Below are positions 57,282 to 64,000 of a DNA stretch of 64,000 nucleotides, one piece after another. Source of the DNA: a virus (taxonomy: Duplodnaviria; Heunggongvirae; Uroviricota; Caudoviricetes); the IMG/VR virus record IMGVR_UViG_3300031759_000002. One strand, 5' to 3'. How positions within the stretch are numbered: the first letter of the stretch is position 1; each line of letters opens with the position of its first letter. A model generated the notes under the pieces. It was not told the origin of the DNA. It saw only the letters and a program-made list of their open reading frames with translations, and did no database searches. The position numbers and the translations under genes are program-made.

Positions 57282-58298
57282 ATGTCATATAAAATAAATG
57301 GGAAAATTATAAATAAGAAGCTTATTCACCATGTCCCACATGGGATTTCATCGGAAACTTTTCATCCGGTAGCGGCAACCGATCCAAAGTTAATAGAGTT
57401 TAAACGTAAATTATTTCAAGGAAAAGATTATAATTTCGTTCTATTTTTAAATTCTAGAAATATTAACCGAAAACGAATAAGCAATGCAATTCTAGCATAT
57501 AGACAATTTTGTGACAGTTTAACTAAAGAAGAAGCATCCAAGTGTTTGTTTATTATTCACTCGGAAATAATTTTAGATGCCGGAACTAATAATATTGCAG
57601 TAAAAGAAGCATTATGTCCTAATTACAATATTATATTTTCTCCCGGTAAGGTTTCGCCCGAAGAATTGAACTTGTTATATAATAGCGTTGATGTTACTGT
57701 GTGTGCGTCTTCAAGTGAAGGATTCGGATTATCAACGGCTGAAAGTATAATGGCAGGAACTCCTATTATTGCAACTGTAACTGGAGGTCTTCAGGACCAG
57801 ATGAACTTCGTGGATGATAATGGAAATCAAATTGAGTTTACCGGAAATTGGGGAAGTAATAGTGATGGTAAAGTTAAGAAATGTGGACGATGGGCGTATC
57901 CAGTATATCCAGTAGCCCGTTACGTTCAAGGAAGCCCTCCTACTCCTTACATATTTGATGAAATGACAAGATGGGAAGATTTTGGAGTTGGATTTATGTA
58001 TTGGTATATGACACCCCATAAAACCAGAGAACATTATGGAAAAGAAGGAAGAGAATGGATGTTAAGTTCAACGGGTCTCTCGGAAAAAAGAATGGGTAAA
58101 GAGTTTATTACTACTATGGAGTTTGTATTTTCTAATTGGGTTAAACCAAAGTCATTTGGAGTATTTTCAATTAAAGATTATATTGGTAATATCACAACCA
58201 GAGAACAAGTTGGATTTGAAATACCCAAAATTGATAGAGATGAAATGAAATCTAAAATAGAAAGTATTAAAAATGAGACACATTCTATAAAAAGTTGA
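57282..58298 (+). CDS. GT-B (GT4-like) glycosyltransferase, C-terminal domain
   Basis: HHVPHG, FLNSRNINRK, LYNSVD, SSEGFGLSTAESIMAGTP, TGGLQDQ. Confidence 0.85.
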   Translation: MSYKINGKIINKKLIHHVPHGISSETFHPVAATDPKLIEFKRKLFQGKDYNFVLFLNSRNINRKRISNAILAYRQFCDSLTKEEASKCLFIIHSEIILDAGTNNIAVKEALCPNYNIIFSPGKVSPEELNLLYNSVDVTVCASSSEGFGLSTAESIMAGTPIIATVTGGLQDQMNFVDDNGNQIEFTGNWGSNSDGKVKKCGRWAYPVYPVARYVQGSPPTPYIFDEMTRWEDFGVGFMYWYMTPHKTREHYGKEGREWMLSSTGLSEKRMGKEFITTMEFVFSNWVKPKSFGVFSIKDYIGNITTREQVGFEIPKIDRDEMKSKIESIKNETHSIKS

Positions 58299-58322
58299 AT
58301 GTTTTCACAAAATGGTTATACT
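58295..58322 (+). promoter_or_regulatory. sigma70-type promoter
   Basis: TTGAAT-N16-TATACT-N8-ATG. Confidence 0.65.
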
Positions 58323-58330
58323 ATGTGAAT

Positions 58331-58837
58331 ATGATTGAACTTAAAAAGACAGATGTAAATGCGGTTGTTCCAACTAGAGGAACATCATATGCCGCAGGAT
58401 ATGACTTATATAGTATTGAAAGTTATGAACTCCAGCCATTGGAACGAAAACTGTTTAAAACTGGTATAAATATAGCAATTCCAACGGGATTATTTGGAAG
58501 AATATCTCCCCGCAGTGGATTATCTTTTAAAAATGGGATTGATGTGTTAGGTGGCACGATAGATTGTTTTTCGGGGGATTGTACTATTAAGACTGAAAAG
58601 GGTCAAAAATTTATAGAAGAATTGAGAATAAATGATATTGTATATTCAGTTAATGAAAATTTAGAATTGGAGCGAGATTTTGTATCTGCTATAGTATCTT
58701 TAGGAGATAAAGAATTATTAGCAATAGAAACTGATGATGATTATATAGAAATAACACCGGGTACTCAAGTATATACCGAAACTGGAATAAAACGTGCCGA
58801 CGAACTAAAATTAGGTGAAAAAATATTACACTTTTAA
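58331..58837 (+). CDS. dut: dUTPase N-fragment + 90-aa IntN (58565-58834)
   Basis: AAGYDL, KTG, RISPRSG, GGTID, then CFSGDC...ITPGT...GEKILHF*. Confidence 0.92.
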   Translation: MIELKKTDVNAVVPTRGTSYAAGYDLYSIESYELQPLERKLFKTGINIAIPTGLFGRISPRSGLSFKNGIDVLGGTIDCFSGDCTIKTEKGQKFIEELRINDIVYSVNENLELERDFVSAIVSLGDKELLAIETDDDYIEITPGTQVYTETGIKRADELKLGEKILHF

Positions 58838-58842
58838 TGAAT

Positions 58843-58891
58843 TTTCCCTTTGTAATCGCTATTTATACATAGATAATGATTACTAAGGAAA
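58843..58891 (+). promoter_or_regulatory. hairpin burying the endonuclease SD, late motif in the loop
   Basis: TTTCCCTTTGTAATC/GATTACTAAGGAAA, 13 bp with one bulge and one mismatch; CTATTTATA at 58859-58867. Confidence 0.6.
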
Positions 58892-58895
58892 TATT

Positions 58896-59798
58896 ATGAT
58901 AAAATGTGAAATATGCGGACATACGACAAATAGAAGATTAATAGACCATATTATTAAAACTCATAAATTATCAGTTGATGTTTATAAAAAAACATATGGT
59001 CCAGTCGTTTCAGATGAAGAACAGAAAAGAATAAGTAAAATGATGGAGGAAAATTGGAAAAATCCATTATATAGAAATAAAACTAATGCTTCTCGAAAGA
59101 CAAAATGGACTACAGAGTTAAAAGAACGACAGAGTAAAATAATTAAAAAAACATATGAAGAAGGTCATAAAAATTGGAATATTGGTCTAACTAAAGAAAT
59201 TGACGACCGAGTTAGGTTAATTGGAGAGAAAAATAAAAAACACTTAACTGGAAGGACGAAAGAAATATATCCATATTTACAAAAGCATTCGGAGTTTATG
59301 AAGCAAAATTATAATAAATATTGGGGAGAAGAAGGGGGGTGTACTAAATATTTTAGAGACGAAGATAATTTCGAAATATGGAGGAATAAAATATCCAAAA
59401 CATTGGCGGATAAATGTAAATCTGGAGAATTGGATTTTGTATCTAATCATTTTAAAACTGGATATTATAAAAATATTTTTTATGCAAGTGGATTGGAGTT
59501 AGAGGCTATGACAATATTCGACTCTAATGAAAATATAAAAACTTGGCGAAGAAACTTCGATGTGATAGAATATATTGATTGTGAAGGAAAAATGCGAAGA
59601 TATTTACCCGATTTTGAGTTGATATTAAATACAGGAAGACGAATAGTAATTGAGATGAAGGGGTTTCCAGATAAAAATTTAATAGAAAAAACATTAGCGG
59701 CTAAATTAAAATATAACAATGACTTTTATGTATGTTATTCCAAAACAGAATTAAAAACTATAATAAATGAAATTATCAACAATAAAATCAATAAGTAA
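58896..59798 (+). CDS. free-standing TnsA-like endonuclease inside the split dut
   Basis: CEIC...HI...H, ASGLELE, RRYLPDF...IEMKG. Confidence 0.78.
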   Translation: MIKCEICGHTTNRRLIDHIIKTHKLSVDVYKKTYGPVVSDEEQKRISKMMEENWKNPLYRNKTNASRKTKWTTELKERQSKIIKKTYEEGHKNWNIGLTKEIDDRVRLIGEKNKKHLTGRTKEIYPYLQKHSEFMKQNYNKYWGEEGGCTKYFRDEDNFEIWRNKISKTLADKCKSGELDFVSNHFKTGYYKNIFYASGLELEAMTIFDSNENIKTWRRNFDVIEYIDCEGKMRRYLPDFELILNTGRRIVIEMKGFPDKNLIEKTLAAKLKYNNDFYVCYSKTELKTIINEIINNKINK

Positions 59799-60333
59799 AG
59801 TTAAAAAAAAGACATATGATATAACAGTAGAGAATAATCATAATTTTTTTTGTAATGATTTTTTAATACATAACTGCGATTATCGTGGAGAAATAAAAGT
59901 TATTCTAATAAATCTTGGAAAAGAGCCATATAAAATTAATATTGGAGATAAAATGGCTCAAATTATATTTTCGGCATATACTGTTCACGAGTTTAAATTA
60001 GTCGATGAATTATCACAGACCGAACGAGCAGAAAAAGGATTTGGAAGTACTGATATTAAACCAGAACCAATTCCATCAGTTAAGTCGATTGATAAATTAG
60101 ATGCGGCAATTGATTTATCGAAACAATATGATAAAAATATAATATCAATAACCAAAGAATCTATTGGAGCAGTTGACCTTAATGTTAAGGGATTCGTAAC
60201 ACATAATAATACATTACCAATTCCTCCCCGAACCAATTCTGATATTATCGAAGAGTATAAAAAACACGGTGGAAATATTTCTCATATTAAACCATATGAG
60301 GAACAAATACGAGAAAAGATGAAAAGTTTATGA
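59767..60333 (+). CDS. dut: 36-aa IntC (59767-59874) + dUTPase C-fragment
   Basis: YDITVENNHNFFCNDFLIHN/C, then DYRGEIKVIL, GDKMAQ, RAEKGFGST. Confidence 0.92.
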   Translation: MKLSTIKSISKVKKKTYDITVENNHNFFCNDFLIHNCDYRGEIKVILINLGKEPYKINIGDKMAQIIFSAYTVHEFKLVDELSQTERAEKGFGSTDIKPEPIPSVKSIDKLDAAIDLSKQYDKNIISITKESIGAVDLNVKGFVTHNNTLPIPPRTNSDIIEEYKKHGGNISHIKPYEEQIREKMKSL

Positions 60334-61670
60334 CTGACATATTAAATAATAAACCATTAGTAATTTACCAATCTGCATTGCAAACTGCGTCGGGATATGG
60401 TAGATATTCATTAGAAATAGGTAAATCTCTTTTGCGATATTGTAAAAAGAAGGATTATCAATTGGGAATAGTTCTTACCCCTTGGGGCGCAACGGGCCAA
60501 CGTAGTATAGAAGATTTGGCACAAGACCCAGAAACTAAAGAATTATTATCTTTAATTGTTAGAGGTAATATAAATAAAAAACCAGACATATATTTTCATG
60601 TGAGTATTCCCAACGAATGGCAACCACATGGAAATTACAACATTGGTATTTCTGCTCTTACTGAAAACTCTGCATTAAGCCCTCAATTTATTGAGGGAAT
60701 GAATAGATTTAACTTGAGTATAGTTATGTCTAATTTTAATAAAGAGGTTGCACTTAAAACCGAATATGTTAAGAAAAACCCAAATGGAACTCAAGAACCA
60801 TTGAAATTTAATAAATCAATCGAAGTATTGCCATGGGGAATAAATACTTCTATTTATAAAAAGACCAATGAAAAACTTCCTTCGATTGAAGAAGAATTGG
60901 TAAAAATACCAGAAACATTTGCTTTCTATTATAGTGGAATGTGGTCGGGAAATGGTAATTCTGATAGAAAAGATACTGGTAGATTAATTGAGACATTTCT
61001 TCGAGCCTTCGCCGGAATTGAAAATCCACCATGTTTAATACTTAAGGTGAATGGTGCTCAGATAGGAGTGGTAGATAGACATGATTGTGTAAATAAATTA
61101 AATGATATTACCAGTATGGTAAAACACAATCTTCCCAATGCTAAACTTCCTAATGTTTATTTGTTTTATGGAGATTTGACCGATTCTGAAATGAATGCAT
61201 TGGTTAATTCTGATAAAATTAAAGTATTTGTTAGTTTTAGTCACGGTGAAAGTTGGGGTATGTCTGGATTAACCGGAACTGTATTGGGTAAACCTACTAT
61301 TCTACCAAATTGGTCTGGTCATTTAGATTATATGAATCCAGAACATTCTGATTTTTTTGAAGGAACTCTTCAACAAGTTCCGGCTGAAGTAGTAAATGAT
61401 TGGTTTGTTAAAGAGAGTCAATGGTTCGTGGTTGATTATAATAAAGCGGCTGAAAAAATGAAATCTTATTTCTTTAATTATAATCAAGATATATTGGATA
61501 AAGCTGAAAAATTACGAATTGAAAATACTACTAAATTTTCAGTTGAAGAGATGGATAAACAATTTCATTCTATATTGGATAAACATGTTCCTGAAATAGC
61601 TAGACAAGCGGCAATTGTGCTTCCAAAATTAAAGAAAATAAGCCTCCCGAAGCTTGTCCCGATGAAATAA
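60330..61670 (+). CDS. GT-B (GT4-like) glycosyltransferase
   Basis: TASGYG, PNEW, DRKD, FVSFSHGESWG, WSGHLDY. Confidence 0.85.
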   Translation: MTDILNNKPLVIYQSALQTASGYGRYSLEIGKSLLRYCKKKDYQLGIVLTPWGATGQRSIEDLAQDPETKELLSLIVRGNINKKPDIYFHVSIPNEWQPHGNYNIGISALTENSALSPQFIEGMNRFNLSIVMSNFNKEVALKTEYVKKNPNGTQEPLKFNKSIEVLPWGINTSIYKKTNEKLPSIEEELVKIPETFAFYYSGMWSGNGNSDRKDTGRLIETFLRAFAGIENPPCLILKVNGAQIGVVDRHDCVNKLNDITSMVKHNLPNAKLPNVYLFYGDLTDSEMNALVNSDKIKVFVSFSHGESWGMSGLTGTVLGKPTILPNWSGHLDYMNPEHSDFFEGTLQQVPAEVVNDWFVKESQWFVVDYNKAAEKMKSYFFNYNQDILDKAEKLRIENTTKFSVEEMDKQFHSILDKHVPEIARQAAIVLPKLKKISLPKLVPMK

Positions 61671-61681
61671 TTTAATAAAAT

Positions 61682-62263
61682 ATGTCAAGTATATTTAGTA
61701 AGTTAAACGAATTAGTTGCTTATTATGATGCAACTCGTCAAGTAGGTCATACTACTAAAATGTTAAACGGAGCCTACGCATGGTCAAGTGATAGTAGAGA
61801 ATGTGTTGTATTAACGCATAATAGTGCAATGGCAGATATCTTAAATGAAAAAATAGGAAATTGTGCAGAGGCAATTCCCTTTACAGACAATAACCATGCA
61901 TTCATATTAACCGGAAAACATACTCCTATTTTATTTGATAATGCGTTATTACATATCTTGTTTAAGGAATCAGCAGATAGAATGTCTGAACTCAGCATTG
62001 AAAATCTTAACCTTAAAAATCAAATTATATATTTAAAGAATAATGCTTCTAAATTAGAAACTGAAAATAAACAACTTGGAAATGATATTATAAGTTTAAA
62101 ACTTAAAAATTATAATCGAGAAGATACTATTAAACAATTAGAAATTGATAATAATTTATTGAAAACCGATAATAAAACACTTAATGATTTTAATAAAACA
62201 TTTACGAATGATAAATTAACATCCAATAAAGAAGTAGATACTATTACTATAAAGTTTAAATGA
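61682..62263 (+). CDS. hypothetical protein with C-terminal coiled coil
   Basis: Intact ORF in the operon. Confidence 0.6.
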   Translation: MSSIFSKLNELVAYYDATRQVGHTTKMLNGAYAWSSDSRECVVLTHNSAMADILNEKIGNCAEAIPFTDNNHAFILTGKHTPILFDNALLHILFKESADRMSELSIENLNLKNQIIYLKNNASKLETENKQLGNDIISLKLKNYNREDTIKQLEIDNNLLKTDNKTLNDFNKTFTNDKLTSNKEVDTITIKFK

Positions 62264-63006
62264 ATAATATAGAACAATTACAAGAATATATAAATAATGC
62301 TAAGTATATAGTAGCATTTACCGGTGCAGGTATATCAACCGAATCCAATATACCTGATTTTCGTTCTTCGGGTGGTTTATATATGAAAGATTTCGATGGT
62401 CTTTCTCCCGAACAAATATTAAGCGGCAGATTTTTAAGAGAAAGAAAAAACAAACCTATGTTTTTTAAGTTTTTTAAAACCAGAATGAATGTATTATTAG
62501 ATAAAAAACCAAATCGGTCTCATTTGTTTCTATCTAATCTTGAGAAGGTAGGAAAACTTAAAGCGGTTGTAACTCAAAATATTGATAATTTACATAATCT
62601 TGCTGGAAATACTAATGTATTGGAATTACATGGAAATTATTCCGTATTCAAATGTGCCAGTGCATGTGGAGCCAGATATACGGTTGAATATTTTAATAAA
62701 GTAATGGAAACTACTGACATTCCTATTTGTGAATGTGGTGGTATTATTCGTCCTAACACGGTGTTATTTGACGAATGGTTAAATGATGAAACATTTGAAG
62801 AGTCCATGAAACAATTAAAATTGGCAGATGTAGTATTAGCCATAGGGTCTAGCCTTCAAGTTCAACCCGCCGCAGGATTGTTAGAAGAAGTATCCGATAC
62901 CTGTAAATTGATTATATTAAATAGAGATAATACACCATACGACCATAGAGCATCATTGGTTATTAGAGAAAATTGTGGAGAAGTATTTGATAATATAAAA
63001 TTATGA
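62260..63006 (+). CDS. cobB: Sir2/CobB NAD-dependent deacylase
   Basis: TGAGISTES.IPDFR, TQNIDNLH, LELHG, Zn CxxC/CxC, RPNTVLF, GSSLQVQPAA. Confidence 0.93.
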   Translation: MNNIEQLQEYINNAKYIVAFTGAGISTESNIPDFRSSGGLYMKDFDGLSPEQILSGRFLRERKNKPMFFKFFKTRMNVLLDKKPNRSHLFLSNLEKVGKLKAVVTQNIDNLHNLAGNTNVLELHGNYSVFKCASACGARYTVEYFNKVMETTDIPICECGGIIRPNTVLFDEWLNDETFEESMKQLKLADVVLAIGSSLQVQPAAGLLEEVSDTCKLIILNRDNTPYDHRASLVIRENCGEVFDNIKL

Positions 63007-63263
63007 ATATTACGCCTAAGTTTGAGTTTTGGTATGATAGAGTTAAATATTATGAAGATTTAATAAAAAAATCTACGTTTACTTATACTAGTTCTGCATG
63101 TCCCGATATTCAAATATATGATAATGTATTACTTATATTGGGGAGTGGTAGTTATTATGGTTATATCGATACTGAACCCCGAGATGAGTTAATATCCAAC
63201 TTAAATAATACGTCTGATAGGACAGATGCCTTATATTTAGCATTGAAAAAAAAGCAATATTAA
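63003..63263 (+). CDS. hypothetical protein
   Basis: ATGA-coupled ORF. Confidence 0.5.
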   Translation: MNITPKFEFWYDRVKYYEDLIKKSTFTYTSSACPDIQIYDNVLLILGSGSYYGYIDTEPRDELISNLNNTSDRTDALYLALKKKQY

Positions 63264-63267
63264 TTAT

Positions 63268-63966
63268 ATGAATTATCCAAATATATCATATTGTATAACT
63301 TGTTGTAATGAAGTTGATTCATTACAAAAATTGTTATGTAAAATAAACCAATGTTTAACCGGTAAAGATGAAATTATAATAGTCATTGATAAAGATAATT
63401 TTATAAAAGAAACTGAAAATGTAGCATTGGCATATAAAGATTTAAATAAAGAGTTTTTTAATGTAAAAGTATTTTACCACTCACTTAACAAAAATTATGC
63501 CGCTTTTAAGAACAAATGTATAGAAGAATCTAGTGGCGATTATATATTTCATATTGATGCGGATGAATTTCCACCTGATAGATTGATATATTATAATCTC
63601 AAATATTTATTGGAAAGTAATCCGAACATTGAATTATACAGAGTTCCTCGTATAAATAATTTTATAGGAGTAACACAGGAAGATGCTACCCGTTATGGAT
63701 GGGATATTAATAATCCACATAAATGGATAAATTGGAATATCGGAGATTATCAAAGTAGAATATTTAAGCGGGATTATCCTCGTATCAAGTGGATTGGAAA
63801 ATTACACGAGAGAATCGATGGGTTTAAAGAATATGCAATTCTTCCAAAAGAAGAAGAATATGCATTGTTACATACTAAAACAATAGAGCGGCAACGTTCT
63901 ACTAATGAACGATATAATACTACCTTCACAGTTGATGAAAATCTAGGACGTTCTACGGAGTGTTGA
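63268..63966 (+). CDS. family-2 glycosyltransferase
   Basis: SYCITCCNE, KNKCIEESSGDYIFHIDADE, DYQSRIF, W.GKLHE. Confidence 0.88.
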   Translation: MNYPNISYCITCCNEVDSLQKLLCKINQCLTGKDEIIIVIDKDNFIKETENVALAYKDLNKEFFNVKVFYHSLNKNYAAFKNKCIEESSGDYIFHIDADEFPPDRLIYYNLKYLLESNPNIELYRVPRINNFIGVTQEDATRYGWDINNPHKWINWNIGDYQSRIFKRDYPRIKWIGKLHERIDGFKEYAILPKEEEYALLHTKTIERQRSTNERYNTTFTVDENLGRSTEC

Positions 63967-64000
63967 TATAATAACTTTACGGTTGTTCTATTTCTTGCTA

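Noticed and set aside
56186-57282. Group I/II intron in the split glycosyltransferase or other split genes
   Set aside because: No recognisable P/Q/R/S core or domain V, intergenic gaps are too short and AT-rich, and both halves have independent starts and stops.
20266-60333. Split genes as sequencing frameshifts or stop-codon recoding of contiguous inteins
   Set aside because: The three ORFs at each locus are mostly in different frames, the stops are a mix of TAA and TGA, each nuclease has its own promoter motif, and each IntC has its own ATG. All other genes read cleanly in the standard code.
1-64000. tRNA, rRNA, CRISPR array, IS element
   Set aside because: No cloverleaf motifs, spaced direct repeats or transposase with terminal repeats seen by eye; intergenic spaces are short. 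A tRNAscan/Infernal run would be needed to exclude small RNAs.

Overview
A 64-kb AT-rich segment of a large T4-like (myovirus-type) phage genome, read in the standard genetic code. I found no tRNA, rRNA or CRISPR array. The window runs through five blocks. (i) A tail/baseplate module: tail tube, gp26-like chaperone with a candidate programmed frameshift, tape measure, LysM/gpX-like protein and hub, with ClpP and Hsp20 genes among them. (ii) A replication module: divergent family-A polymerase, gp32-like SSB, UvsX/RecA, RNase H/5'-3' exonuclease, gp41/DnaB helicase and gp62-like clamp loader. (iii) Nucleotide metabolism: class II RNR, dUTPase and a dATP/dGTP diphosphohydrolase-like protein. (iv) A >20-kb sugar-synthesis, glycosyltransferase and methyltransferase region. 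(v) About 11 homing-endonuclease-like genes scattered throughout. The main result is that four enzymes are 'fractured' genes that must be reassembled by FIVE split inteins. UvsX has an atypical split with a 13-aa IntN. DnaB has a gp41-8-like split. NrdJ is encoded as three polypeptides joined by two split inteins. dUTPase has a split intein in motif III with no block-B His. Four of the five breaks hold a free-standing endonuclease; the fifth holds only a 130-bp spacer. A GT-B glycosyltransferase is also fractured, but without an intein. Further findings: a two-class promoter system (leaderless sigma70-type promoters and a putative late motif ATATTTATA); several hairpins that bury a start codon or SD and have the late motif in their loop; an early mini-protein carrying the Gol-like segment of the major capsid protein; and a VPDSG/PEP-CTERM-like thioester-domain protein that hints at a Verrucomicrobia-like host. 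All family assignments come from motif recognition by eye; no database search was run.
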